Source of the DNA: Candidatus Multivorans sp.
Lineage (GTDB): Bacteria > Acidobacteriota > Thermoanaerobaculia > Multivoradales > Multivoraceae
Direction: 5' to 3'
DNA length: 64,000 bases
Assembly: GCA_965247095.1 (NCBI GenBank)
Contig: OZ251997.1
Span: 960,001-1,024,000, forward strand
Numbering within the stretch: position 1 is the first letter of the stretch; the number at the start of each line of letters is the position of its first letter. Below, piece by piece: positions 9,484 through 21,542 of the stretch. The notes beneath the pieces were generated by a model. That model was not told where the DNA came from. It made no database searches and was given only the letters and a program-made list of their open reading frames with translations. The translations under genes and the position numbers were made by a program.

Positions 9484-10404
9484 TCAGCGGGCGTCCTCGC
9501 GCCGGGCGGAGGTTGAGGAACCTACGCGGCTGATGGCCCAGGTCAGGACGAAGCCGGCGCCGGCGATTCCCACGGCGGAACCGGCCTGGAGCGGGGCGGG
9601 ACCGAAGCCCTCGAAGGGCCAGAGACCGACGACGGCGCCCAGGAGAAGGCCGAGGAGTACGCCGAGTGTCGCCTGCCGGAACCGGTGCAGGGCCAGACGC
9701 ACCGCGTTGCTGATCACCGTAGCGCCGACGGCGATACCGATCAGGACCGGCAGCAGAACGCCGGCCGCCTCGACCAGGGCCCCGGCGTCACGGTCCCTGA
9801 GCGCCTGCAGCAGCCCGTCGACGGCACCGAGGATCGGTACGTACTGACCGAGGACGAGGAGCAGATAGCCGCCGCTCAGGCCCGGCAGGATCATGGCCGC
9901 GGCACCGGCCGCTCCGGCGATGGCGAGAAGAAGCGGCCCGTTGCCGCTGGCGCCGGCGGCGGTTGAATCGCTCTGCAGCAGGGCGAGGGCCGCCATGGCG
10001 GCGAACCCGCCCGCGGCGCCGCCCCACACGGCGCGGCCGACCGGTTGGGCGAGGCGCCACACCAGGGGCACGCCGCCCAGGGTCAGGCCGATGAAGGCGC
10101 TGTACATGATCCACTGGTGGTGAACCACGAGGTCGCCCAGCGTGCCGGCGAGCAGCAGGATGGCCAGCCCGCCGGATGCCGCCACCACGATCAGCAGCAG
10201 GAGCGGCTGAAGCCGGAACCGCAGCCGGGTCGTGTCCGCCACCGCCTCGATGAAGCGGGGATAGATCCCGACCGCCAGCAGCATCGTGCCGCCGCTGATC
10301 CCGGGCACCAGGTTCGCCAGGCCCATCAACGCGCCGCCCGCCAGTGCGCGCGGCGCCCAGGAAGCGCCTCCCGCTACGTTCGACCTGCTTGCTTTCGCGG
10401 CCAT
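9484..10404 (-). CDS. DUF368 membrane protein (undecaprenyl-phosphate translocase PopT family)
   Basis: Duplicated PG(I/L)SGG motifs (MGLANLVPGISGGT, AMILPGLSGG); multiple TM helices. Confidence 0.85.
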   Translation of the reverse strand: MAAKASRSNVAGGASWAPRALAGGALMGLANLVPGISGGTMLLAVGIYPRFIEAVADTTRLRFRLQPLLLLIVVAASGGLAILLLAGTLGDLVVHHQWIMYSAFIGLTLGGVPLVWRLAQPVGRAVWGGAAGGFAAMAALALLQSDSTAAGASGNGPLLLAIAGAAGAAAMILPGLSGGYLLLVLGQYVPILGAVDGLLQALRDRDAGALVEAAGVLLPVLIGIAVGATVISNAVRLALHRFRQATLGVLLGLLLGAVVGLWPFEGFGPAPLQAGSAVGIAGAGFVLTWAISRVGSSTSARREDAR

Positions 10405-10475
10405 CGGGTCGGAGTCTACGGGCGCTCCGCGGGCAGGGGTCGGTTTTCGTTGCGGATTCGTCTACCGTTACGCCG

Positions 10476-11870
10476 ATGACGGACTACGACTACGACCTGT
10501 TTGTGATCGGCGCAGGTTCGGGCGGTGTGCGCGCCGCCCGGATGGCTGCCGGCTACGGCGCGCGGGTGGCAATCGCCGAGGCCCGCCACCTGGGCGGCAC
10601 GTGTGTGAACGTCGGCTGCGTGCCGAAGAAGCTCCTCGTCTGTGCGTCGGCCTTTGCCGACCACTACCGCGAAGCTTCTGGATTCGGCTGGACCACGGGA
10701 CCTTCCGCGTTCGACTGGGCGCGTCTCGTCGCCAACAAGGACCGGGAGATCGAGCGTCTGAACGGAATCTACCGCGGGCTGCTCGAAGGCGCAGGTGTGG
10801 AAATCTTCGAGGGTAGGGCGCGTCTGGTCGACGCGGACAGGGTGGAGATCGATCTCGGCAACCGGATGCGGCGCCAGGTCGGCGCCAAGAACATCCTGGT
10901 GGCGACCGGAAGCTGGCCTCACCGGCCGCAGATCCCCGGCATCGAGTACGCCATCACCTCGAACGATGCCTTCCACCTGAAGCGTCTGCCGGAGCGCTTC
11001 GCGGTGGTCGGGGGCGGCTACATCGGCGTCGAGTTCGCCGGCATCCTGGCCGGGCTCGGGTGCCAGGTCACCCTGATCTACCGCGGCGAACTCTTCCTAC
11101 GCGGCTTCGACGAGGAGATTCGCCGCCATCTCGCCGACGAGATGCGGTCGCGCGGAATCGACCTGCGGTTCGGCTGCGAGGTCGAGGCGATCGAGTGGAT
11201 CGGGCCGGGGCCGTCCGGCAACGGCGTCGGCGGGTCGGGCGGCGACCGTCTCCTGCTTCGGCTCACAGGCGGCGTCGAGTTGCGGTCCGGCGAGGCGCTC
11301 TTCGCGACCGGCCGCAGTCCCGAGGTCGTGGGGCTGGGGCTCGAGGACTGCGGCGTCGCCCTGCGTGAGAACGGCGCGGTGCGGGTCGACGAGCTCTCGC
11401 GCACGAACGTTCCGAACATCTGGGCGATCGGCGACGTGACGGACCGCCTGAACCTGACCCCGGTGGCGATCCACGAGGGCATGTGCCTGGCTCGGACGCT
11501 GTTTGCCGGCGAGCCGACAGCGGTGGACCACGAGACCGTCGCTACCGCCGTCTTCAGCCAACCGCCCCTGGCCGCGGTCGGTCTGACCGAGGAGGAGGCG
11601 AGGGAGCGGTACGGCGAGGTCGATGTCTACCGCAGCCGATTCCGGCCGCTCAAGTTGACCCTGACCGACAACCAGGAACGGACCCTGGTCAAGCTGATGG
11701 TTGAGCGTTCGGGCGGGCGCGTCCTCGGCGCCCACATGCTCGGCGCCGACGCACCCGAGATCATCCAGGGCCTCGCCGTGGCCGTGAAGATGGGCGCCAC
11801 CAAGAACGACTTCGACGCCGCAATGGCGATCCATCCGACCTCCGCCGAGGAGTTCGTCACCCTGCGGTGA
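10476..11870 (+). CDS. gor: Glutathione-disulfide reductase
   Basis: DYDLFVIGAGSGGVRAAR, GGTCVNVGCVPKK, GGGYIGVEF and C-terminal HPTSAEEFVT. Confidence 0.93.
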   Translation: MTDYDYDLFVIGAGSGGVRAARMAAGYGARVAIAEARHLGGTCVNVGCVPKKLLVCASAFADHYREASGFGWTTGPSAFDWARLVANKDREIERLNGIYRGLLEGAGVEIFEGRARLVDADRVEIDLGNRMRRQVGAKNILVATGSWPHRPQIPGIEYAITSNDAFHLKRLPERFAVVGGGYIGVEFAGILAGLGCQVTLIYRGELFLRGFDEEIRRHLADEMRSRGIDLRFGCEVEAIEWIGPGPSGNGVGGSGGDRLLLRLTGGVELRSGEALFATGRSPEVVGLGLEDCGVALRENGAVRVDELSRTNVPNIWAIGDVTDRLNLTPVAIHEGMCLARTLFAGEPTAVDHETVATAVFSQPPLAAVGLTEEEARERYGEVDVYRSRFRPLKLTLTDNQERTLVKLMVERSGGRVLGAHMLGADAPEIIQGLAVAVKMGATKNDFDAAMAIHPTSAEEFVTLR

Positions 11871-11880
11871 TCGAGTCGCG

Positions 11881-11910
11881 GGATGCGCGGGCCTTCCGGC
11901 CCCGCATTCG
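11881..11910. terminator. REP-like GC hairpin between convergent gor and gshB
   Basis: GCGGGCC-TTCC-GGCCCGC stem-loop. Confidence 0.5.
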
Positions 11911-11927
11911 CCGCAGGCGGGCGCCGC

Positions 11928-12881
11928 TCAGGCCGTGGCGCGCCGCCGCTCGACGGCGTCGAGCACGTCGACCTCGAGGCGTGGACCGCCGAGGTCCGCG
12001 ATCTCGCGCAGGCCGGTCGGGCTGGTCACGTTGACCTCGGTCAGCCAACCGCCGATCACGTCGATGCCGGCAAAGACGATGCCCAGCCGGACCAGTTCCG
12101 GACCGACCGCGGCGGCGATCTCGCGGTCCCGGTCGTCGACCTTCGTGGCGGCAGGCTGGCCGCCGACGTGGAAGTTGGCTCGCGATTCGCCCTCTGCGGG
12201 CACGCGCAGCACCGCGCCGAGCGCTTCGCCTTCGACCAGGATGACCCGCTTGTCGCCCTGCCGGATCTCGGGCAGGTAGCGTTGCGCCATCAGGTAGCGG
12301 CTCTCGTGCGCGGTGGCCGTCTCGAGGATGGCGCTGGTGTTCCGGTCGCCGGCTTTCAGATGGAAGATGCCTTGGCCGCCGGCGCCGTCGAGTGGCTTGA
12401 CGATCATCTCGCCGCCCATCTCCTCCTGGAAGGCGAGCAGCTCCGGAATGCGGCGGGACACCCGCGCGGGTGGACACACTGCGGGGAAGCGGAGCGCGAA
12501 CAGCTTCTCGTTCGCGTCCCGCAGCGCCAGCGGGTCGTTCACGACCAGGGTGCTCTTCGCCACCATGGACAGCAGGTGGGTGGCGTAGAAGAAGGACATG
12601 TCGAAGGGTGGGTCCTTGCGCATCCAGACCACGTCGAACTCGTCGAGGAAGGCGGTTCGGCCGGTTCCGACCTCGTACCAGGCGCCGCCCTCGCCGGGGT
12701 CGACGGTCCGGGCGGGGACGGCTTCCGCCTGAGGCCGGCCGTCCGGCCCGAGGTCCAGCGTGTCCATCGTGCACACCGCGAGGTCGTGGCCGCGGCTGTC
12801 GGCCTCGCGCAGGAACGCGATGGTGGTGTCCTTCTCGGGATCCAGACGCTCGATCGGATCGATGACGAAGAGATGGCGCAT
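11928..12881 (-). CDS. gshB: Glutathione synthetase
   Basis: DP...KDTT, WMRKDPPFDM, NEKL, KPLDGAGG, GDKRV, RANFHVGG and TEVNVTSPTG. Confidence 0.95.
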   Translation of the reverse strand: MRHLFVIDPIERLDPEKDTTIAFLREADSRGHDLAVCTMDTLDLGPDGRPQAEAVPARTVDPGEGGAWYEVGTGRTAFLDEFDVVWMRKDPPFDMSFFYATHLLSMVAKSTLVVNDPLALRDANEKLFALRFPAVCPPARVSRRIPELLAFQEEMGGEMIVKPLDGAGGQGIFHLKAGDRNTSAILETATAHESRYLMAQRYLPEIRQGDKRVILVEGEALGAVLRVPAEGESRANFHVGGQPAATKVDDRDREIAAAVGPELVRLGIVFAGIDVIGGWLTEVNVTSPTGLREIADLGGPRLEVDVLDAVERRRATA

Positions 12882-12969
12882 GGCGGCGGCGGAGGATCGT
12901 AGCGGGCCGCGCAAGTTATCACGCGAGCGCATGGGAGCGTCCGCGCGCCGCCCTCTAGAATCCGGCGCT

Positions 12970-13542
12970 GTGGACCAAACCAGGCGACAGTGGATCTTCG
13001 GCTACGGCTCGCTGATCTTCCGGCCGGACATACCCTTCGTGGAGCGCCGGCGGGCGCTTCTGCGGGGTTGGGCGCGGCGCTTCTGGCAGTGGTCGACGGA
13101 CCACCGCGGCGAGCCGTGGCGTCCCGGCCGGGTCGTCACCCTGGCGCCGTCACCGGAGGAGGGCTGTTGGGGCGTCGCCTACCGGCTCGACGAGGCCCGG
13201 GCGGACAGGATCCTCGACGACCTGGACGTGCGGGAACGGGGCGGCTACGTCCGCATGGAGGTCGAACTCGAGTTGGACGGGGTGGAACGGGTGTTCGGCG
13301 TGACCTACCAGGCCTGGCCCGGCAACCGGAACTACGCCGGCCCGGCTCCATTGGCCGAAATCGCCGGTCAGGTCGTATCGGCAACGGGTCCCAGCGGCGC
13401 CAACGCCGACTACGTGCGCGATCTCGACGCCGCGCTGCGGGCAATGTCCGCGGAAGACGGCCATACGGTCGAACTGGCCGCCGAAGTGAGGGCGCTGCTT
13501 GCGGGGCCCCCGGGCGCGGTCAGGGCGCCATCGCCCCGGTGA
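12970..13542 (+). CDS. chaC: ChaC-family glutathione-specific gamma-glutamylcyclotransferase
   Basis: WIFGYGSLIF, RRFWQWSTDHRG..PGRVVTL, LDVRERGGY and GPSGANADY. Confidence 0.9.
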   Translation: MDQTRRQWIFGYGSLIFRPDIPFVERRRALLRGWARRFWQWSTDHRGEPWRPGRVVTLAPSPEEGCWGVAYRLDEARADRILDDLDVRERGGYVRMEVELELDGVERVFGVTYQAWPGNRNYAGPAPLAEIAGQVVSATGPSGANADYVRDLDAALRAMSAEDGHTVELAAEVRALLAGPPGAVRAPSPR

Positions 13543-15151
13543 CACCGACTTCCCGCCCCTGCGGGTCGATCAGGACCCCCGGGTTCATCAGGCCGTCCGG
13601 GTCGACGGCCGCCTTGGCGCCGGCCAGGGCGCGTGCGAAGACCTCTGGCCGCTGACGGTCGTAGCCGTTCGGCCGGTGATCGCGTCCCACGGCGTGGTGG
13701 TGCGTCACCGTGCCGCCGGCCTCGACCACGGCCTCGTTGGCAGCCAGCTTGATCTCGCGCCACTGGTCGGCGAGCCGTTCCCAGTCGCCGAGCGCGGAGA
13801 AGGTGAAGTACGGCGCGGGTCCGTCGGGGTAGACGTGGGTGAAGCGGCAGGTGACGCGGCCGGGCCGGCCGGTCGCCTGCTCGAGGATCTCGGCGGTCCC
13901 AGCCGTGATCCGGGCGTGGAAGTCGGCGAAGCGGTCCCAGGTCACGGCAGTCTCGAAGGTGTCGCCGATCACACCCAGGGGCACGCCCACTTCGCGGAAG
14001 TAGGGCCCCTTGATGAAGGCGTCGCGCCAGGCCCCGGCTGCTCCTTCACGGTGGGAGCCGCCGGCGGAGGTGCTGTGATCGCCGCCGCAGTCCGCGGTCA
14101 GTTCGAGCGCTCGCCTGAGCCAGGCGTCGACCGGGTGATCGGCAGACTCGAATCCCAGCACGAGAAGCGACGTCGTGCCGTCGCCGGCGCCCGCATCGCC
14201 AGTCTCCTGGGCGTCGATCAGCCGGCAGTTCGAGGGGTAGAGGCCGCTCTGGGAGAGCATTCGCACCGCTTCCACGGCGCTGGCGTAGTCGGCGAAATGG
14301 ACCGCTGCCGAGCCGCGGTGGACGGGGCGATCCTGAAGCCGCATCCAGGCCTCGGTGATCACACCGAGGATGCCTTCCGAGCCGATGACCATCCGGTCCG
14401 GCGACGGTCCGGCGCCGGAACCGGGCAACCGTCGCGTTTCCATCACCCCCTGGGGCGTCACCGTGGTCGTCGCCTCGACGAAGTCGTCGATGTGGGTGTA
14501 GAGGCTGGCGAAGTGCCCGCCGGAACGGGTCGCGATCCATCCGCCGAGGGTGGAATGCTCGAAGCTCTGCGGAAAGTGGCGGAGCGTCAGCCCGTGCTCG
14601 CGGAGCTGCGCTTCCAGGCCGGGGCCGCGGGTGCCGCCCTGGATCCGCGCGGCACGGCTGGCGCGATCGACCTCGAGCACCTGGTCGAGCTTGAGCAGAT
14701 CGATCGTGACCGCGCCGGCGTAGCTGCCGCCGACCGCCGGTTCGACGCCGCCGACCACGCTCGAGCCGCCGCCGAAGGGGATCACGGCGGCGCCGGAGTC
14801 GCCGGCCCAATCGAGGATCCTGACCACGTCCTCCGTCGTCTCCGGATAGGCGACAAGGTCCGGGGGTTCCGTCACCTCGCGCCGGAACATCCGCACCGCA
14901 TCCGGGAAGGACTTGCCGTAGGCGTGAAGAAGCCGTTCGTACGGGTCGTCGCGAAACAGGGCCGCGAGCGAGGAGGGTGGCCGCAGCCGCGGCGGGCGCA
15001 GGTCGAAGTCCGCGGCCTGCGGCGCCGCCGCCCGCGGTTCGACCGGGGTACCGAAGCGCTCCGCGGTGCGGGCGCGGAACGCGTCCGCCTCCGCCGGCGT
15101 GAGTCCCTGCCCTTCGTAACCCCAACCACAGAGCTTGCGTTGTGACGTCAC
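13520..15151 (-). CDS. FAD-binding oxidoreductase type 4, alkyl-dihydroxyacetonephosphate synthase-like
   Basis: PFGGGSSVVGG, HFPQSFEHSTLGGWIATRSGG, GSEGILGVITE, THHHAVG and DPDGLMNPG. Confidence 0.85.
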   Translation of the reverse strand: MTSQRKLCGWGYEGQGLTPAEADAFRARTAERFGTPVEPRAAAPQAADFDLRPPRLRPPSSLAALFRDDPYERLLHAYGKSFPDAVRMFRREVTEPPDLVAYPETTEDVVRILDWAGDSGAAVIPFGGGSSVVGGVEPAVGGSYAGAVTIDLLKLDQVLEVDRASRAARIQGGTRGPGLEAQLREHGLTLRHFPQSFEHSTLGGWIATRSGGHFASLYTHIDDFVEATTTVTPQGVMETRRLPGSGAGPSPDRMVIGSEGILGVITEAWMRLQDRPVHRGSAAVHFADYASAVEAVRMLSQSGLYPSNCRLIDAQETGDAGAGDGTTSLLVLGFESADHPVDAWLRRALELTADCGGDHSTSAGGSHREGAAGAWRDAFIKGPYFREVGVPLGVIGDTFETAVTWDRFADFHARITAGTAEILEQATGRPGRVTCRFTHVYPDGPAPYFTFSALGDWERLADQWREIKLAANEAVVEAGGTVTHHHAVGRDHRPNGYDRQRPEVFARALAGAKAAVDPDGLMNPGVLIDPQGREVGVTGAMAP

Positions 15152-15223
15152 CGGAACCTCCTTCAGGTCGCGCAGGATAGCCGAGGAGGTGCGATGGCGG
15201 CTGCCGATCTAGAATGCCCGTTC

Positions 15224-16798
15224 ATGTCCTGGCAGCCCGAGGTCGACGAGATCGAACGCCGCCGGCGCCTGGCGCTGGCGATGGGCGGCGAGAAGGCGGT
15301 GGCGCGGCAGCACGAACGCGGCCGGCTGACCGTGCGCGAACGGATCGAGCGGGTCGCCGATCCGGGGTCCTTCATCGAGGAGGGCCGGCAGGCGGGGGCG
15401 GCCGAAGTGGACGGGGAAGGCCGCGTCGTCGCGTTCACGCCGGCGAACTACGTCGTCGGTTTTGCCGACGTGGATGGCCGGCGGTTGATCGTGGCGGGCG
15501 AGGACTTTACCCAGGCCGGGGGTTCGCCGTCGCCGGCCGGTCTGCGCAAGAGCGTCTACTCGGAGGAACTCGCGCTCAAGTACCGGTTGCCGCTGCTGCG
15601 GTTCCTCGAGGGCGGCGGCGGCAGCGTCCGCGGCAGCGGCGGTCGGGTCAAGGGGGCGCCGAAGAAGCCGCCGCGGCCGATGGGTGAGCCTGTCTATTCG
15701 CGGGCCCGTTTCTGGTCGATTGCCGAGATCCTGCGGACGGTGCCGGTGGCCTCGATCGGAGTCGGAGCGGTGGCGGGATTCCCCGCGGCGCGCCTCGTCG
15801 CGTCCCACTTCTCGGTGATGACGCGGCACACGGCGCAGATCCTGATCGGCGGCCCGGCGCTGGTCGAGCGGGCCCTGGGCGAGAAGAAGACGAAGGACGA
15901 GCTGGGCGGATGGCGGGTCCACAGCCGGAGCGGCGTCGTCGACAACGTGGCCGAGGACGAGGACGACGCGATGGAGCAGGTTCGCCGCTTCCTGAGCTAC
16001 CTGCCGCCGAACGTCGACTCGCTGCCGCCGCGTCGTTCCATCGGCGATCCGGCGGATCGGCGCGAGGAGCGACTGCTGTCCATCCTGCCGCGCGACCGCC
16101 GCTTCCTCTACGACATGCGCGAACTGATCTCCCTGGTCGTCGACCGGGACAGCTTCTTCGAGATGACCGCGGGCTACGGGCCGTCCCAGGTCACCGGTCT
16201 GGCGCGCGTCGACGGCTACACGGTCGGCGTGATCGCCAACGACTGCCGGCACATCGGCGGCGCGATGGACGCCGCCGGGGCGCAGAAGTTCCGGCGCTTC
16301 GTCGAGTTGTGCGAGACCTTCCACCTGCCGATCCTGAGCCTGGTCGACGAGCCCGGCTTCATGATCGGTTCGGAGTCGGAGGCATCCGGCACGATCCGCT
16401 ACGGCATGGAGGCGATCGCGGCGACCGTGCGGTCGACCGTGCCCTGGTGCGCTGTCCAGATCCGAAAGGCCTACGGCGTCGCCGCCGCGGCCCACTTCGG
16501 GCCGGGCGGCCGGGTGCTGATCTGGCCGTCGGCGGAGAGCGGCGCGCTGCCGATCGAGGGCGGGGTGGCGGTCGCCTTCCGGCGCGAGATCGCGGCGGCG
16601 CCGGACCCGGACAGGAAACGGGCCGAACTCGAGGCCGAGTTCGCCAAGCGCCGTACTCCCTTCCCGCGTGCCGAGGGGTTCTCGGTCCACGACCTGATCG
16701 ACCCACGGAGCACCCGCGCCGAAGTCGTCAAGTGGTTGAAACTGTCCGGGGCCCTACTCGCGGCCAGGGTGGCGGGGCGAAGCGGAGGAACGATTTGA
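15224..16798 (+). CDS. Acyl-CoA carboxylase carboxyltransferase (beta) subunit
   Basis: MGGEKAVARQHERGRLTVRERI, GGPALVE, DELGG, VDEPGFMIG and RKAYG. Confidence 0.9.
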   Translation: MSWQPEVDEIERRRRLALAMGGEKAVARQHERGRLTVRERIERVADPGSFIEEGRQAGAAEVDGEGRVVAFTPANYVVGFADVDGRRLIVAGEDFTQAGGSPSPAGLRKSVYSEELALKYRLPLLRFLEGGGGSVRGSGGRVKGAPKKPPRPMGEPVYSRARFWSIAEILRTVPVASIGVGAVAGFPAARLVASHFSVMTRHTAQILIGGPALVERALGEKKTKDELGGWRVHSRSGVVDNVAEDEDDAMEQVRRFLSYLPPNVDSLPPRRSIGDPADRREERLLSILPRDRRFLYDMRELISLVVDRDSFFEMTAGYGPSQVTGLARVDGYTVGVIANDCRHIGGAMDAAGAQKFRRFVELCETFHLPILSLVDEPGFMIGSESEASGTIRYGMEAIAATVRSTVPWCAVQIRKAYGVAAAAHFGPGGRVLIWPSAESGALPIEGGVAVAFRREIAAAPDPDRKRAELEAEFAKRRTPFPRAEGFSVHDLIDPRSTRAEVVKWLKLSGALLAARVAGRSGGTI

Positions 16799-16819
16799 GT
16801 GGGCGGCGAGAAACGGAAA

Positions 16820-16919
16820 CCGGATGCGGGCAGGATGCCCGCGTGCCATCCGTGCGCCCGATGACGGGCGCACGGAGTGGTTCGCGTGTGGCGCGGGTCG
16901 CGCCACACGGGTTCCCAGG
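16820..16919 (+). repeat. Mosaic of a REP-like hairpin and 73-bp double-hairpin element copy 2 (16842..16914)
   Basis: Reverse complement reads CCTGGGAAC-[two hairpins]-GCGGGCATCCTGCCCGCATCCGG, matching the REP-like copies at 52325, 52357 and 59846. Confidence 0.8.
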
Positions 16920-16952
16920 CCGGATGTGGGCGCAGCGCCCGAGGAGAGATAG

Positions 16953-17777
16953 ATGTCGATGAAGAGAAGGTACTGTTTTCTGGCAGCAGGCCCGCTGGCC
17001 GCGGGCCTGCTGCTGACAGCGGCCGCCGCCGCCCAGCAGCAGCCGGTCGGCTACGACGACACGCCCGAGCTGCCGGGATTGCCCTGGAAGGTGCACGACC
17101 CGAACCGGCCGCTGCCCCCGGTGGTTGCGCCCGGCGCCTCGTTCAGCGACATGGCGGCCGCCCCGGCCGACGCGGTCGTGCTGTTCGACGGCACGGACCT
17201 CTCCAAGTGGCAGAAGGCGGGCGGGGGAGATGCCGAGTGGAAGGTCGAGAACGGGTACATGGAGGTCACTTCCACGGGGTCGATCCGCACCCGGGACGAG
17301 TTCGGCGACTTCCAGCTCCACCTGGAGTTCGCGACGCCAGGCCAGGTCGAGAGCAACAGCCAGGGCCGCGGCAACAGCGGCGTGATGATCTACGGCGACT
17401 ACGAGGTCCAGATCCTCGACTCGTACGAGAACCGGACCTACGCCGACGGCCAGGCGGGCGCGATCTACGGCCAGACGCCGCCGATGGTGAACGCGGCGCG
17501 TCCTCCCGGCGCCTGGCAGACCTACGACATCATCTTCGAGGCGCCGCGCTGGGAGAACGGCGAGGTGACCAAGAAGGCCCACGTCACCGTGATCCACAAC
17601 GGGGTCGTGATCCACCACCGCAAGGAGTACATCGGCCGCACGATCCACCGCCGGGTCGGCGTCTACGACCGTCCCCACGAGCCGCGCGGCTGGATCGGCC
17701 TTCAGGACCACCGGAACCCGACCCGCTTCCGCAACATCTGGATTCGCGAGCTTCCCGGCTATGACCGGGGCGGCTGA
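16953..17777 (+). CDS. Secreted DUF1080 (3-keto-disaccharide hydrolase family) protein
   Basis: Signal peptide; LFDGTDL, FGDFQLHLEF, GNSGV, EVQILDS, WQTYDI and LQDH..P.RFRNIWIR. Confidence 0.9.
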   Translation: MSMKRRYCFLAAGPLAAGLLLTAAAAAQQQPVGYDDTPELPGLPWKVHDPNRPLPPVVAPGASFSDMAAAPADAVVLFDGTDLSKWQKAGGGDAEWKVENGYMEVTSTGSIRTRDEFGDFQLHLEFATPGQVESNSQGRGNSGVMIYGDYEVQILDSYENRTYADGQAGAIYGQTPPMVNAARPPGAWQTYDIIFEAPRWENGEVTKKAHVTVIHNGVVIHHRKEYIGRTIHRRVGVYDRPHEPRGWIGLQDHRNPTRFRNIWIRELPGYDRGG

Positions 17778-17791
17778 GGCCGGCTTCTTCC

Positions 17792-18964
17792 TTGAAGATC
17801 TCCCTCTTCTACCTGCCCTCGATCGGCTCACGGGCCGACATCGAGCAGGGGATGGCCGGCCTGCGCGGCGATCTCTACGACCGGATGCTGGCCGAGGTCT
17901 CGGAGCAGGCCCGCCTCGCCGACGATCTCGGCTACGACTCGATCAGCTTCACCGAACACCACTTCCACATCGAGGGCTTCGAACTTTCGAACAACCCGGT
18001 GCTGCTCGACCTGTTCATCGGCATGCAGACGAAGAACATCCGGGTCGGGCAGTTGGGGATCGTGCTGCCGTCGCGCAACCCGATCCGGGTCGCCGAGGAC
18101 ATCGCGATGCTCGATCGGATGACCGGCGGCCGCGCCAACGCGGGCTTCGCGCGCGGCTACCAGCGGCGCTGGGTCGACGTGATGGCGCAGCAGACGCACG
18201 GGATCTCCGGCGCTCTCCCGCATCAGCGGGACGAGATCGACCGCACCAACCGGGCGGCGTTCGAGGAGTGCTTCCGGATCGTCAAGAAGGCGTGGACCGA
18301 GCCGATGCTCGACTACGACGGGCGGTTCTGGAAGATCCCGGTGGGCGGTCCCGAGGGCGGCACGCCGTGGACGCTCGAGGCCACCGAGCAGTGGGGCGCC
18401 GGGGTGGAGGACGGCGTGCTGCGCCAGGTCGGCGTGGTGCCGAAGCCGGTGCAGAAGCCGCATCCGCCGATCTTCCAGCCGTTCGCCGCGTCCGAGGAGA
18501 GCATCCGATGGTGCGCCAGGGAGGGGGTTACTGCGATTCTGCCGCCGCTCCACCCGAAGCGGGAGCAGGCCCTGTTCGAGCTCTTCGCCAGCGAGTCGGG
18601 ACGGCCTCTCGGCGACGGCATCGGCGTCCTGCGGGACGTGGTCATCGCCGACACGGACGAGGAAGCGGAGCGTCTGTGGAGGTCGAGCGGCGCCTTCTGC
18701 GGCTCCGCCTGGTTCGAGCCCTTCGGGTTCAGCCGCGGCATGCTGGACCCGGATACCGGGGAGGAGTTCGAGGACTTCCTTGGCGCCGGCATGGCGCTCG
18801 TCGGCACCGTCGACACGGTGACGCGGCAGCTCGAGGCCCTGTGCGAGCGCCTGCCCGTGACCTGGCTCTACTTCTGGGCCTACAACGGCCTGCTGCCGCA
18901 CGCGCGGCTGATGACGACGATCGACCGGTTTGCGACCGAGGTGCTGCCGCGGGTCGACGCCTGA
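17792..18964 (+). CDS. Luciferase-like (LLM class) flavin-dependent oxidoreductase
   Basis: FTEHHFH, NPIRVAEDIAMLD and PKPVQKPHPP; TTG start. Confidence 0.88.
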   Translation: MKISLFYLPSIGSRADIEQGMAGLRGDLYDRMLAEVSEQARLADDLGYDSISFTEHHFHIEGFELSNNPVLLDLFIGMQTKNIRVGQLGIVLPSRNPIRVAEDIAMLDRMTGGRANAGFARGYQRRWVDVMAQQTHGISGALPHQRDEIDRTNRAAFEECFRIVKKAWTEPMLDYDGRFWKIPVGGPEGGTPWTLEATEQWGAGVEDGVLRQVGVVPKPVQKPHPPIFQPFAASEESIRWCAREGVTAILPPLHPKREQALFELFASESGRPLGDGIGVLRDVVIADTDEEAERLWRSSGAFCGSAWFEPFGFSRGMLDPDTGEEFEDFLGAGMALVGTVDTVTRQLEALCERLPVTWLYFWAYNGLLPHARLMTTIDRFATEVLPRVDA

Positions 18965-18971
18965 CGGGCCG

Positions 18972-21407
<2,436 letters not shown>

Positions 21408-21542
21408 GGAAGCGATGGCTGGTTTCCTCCCGGTCGCTCAGTGGCCGGACGGCGACCAGTGGACCGCGTTTTCGAGTTTCCACACAAGATGCGAGGCTGG
21501 TCGGCGGCTCGGAGACTCGTCATGGTCAGGTTCGGCGGTCCA

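Noticed and set aside
11195-11250. Gly-rich insertion in glutathione reductase (GPGPSGNGVGGSGG)
   Set aside because: Short surface-loop expansion; all catalytic motifs are intact.
15224-16798. Carboxyltransferase without adjacent biotin carboxylase or biotin carrier
   Set aside because: Stand-alone beta subunits are common and the partners may lie elsewhere in the genome.
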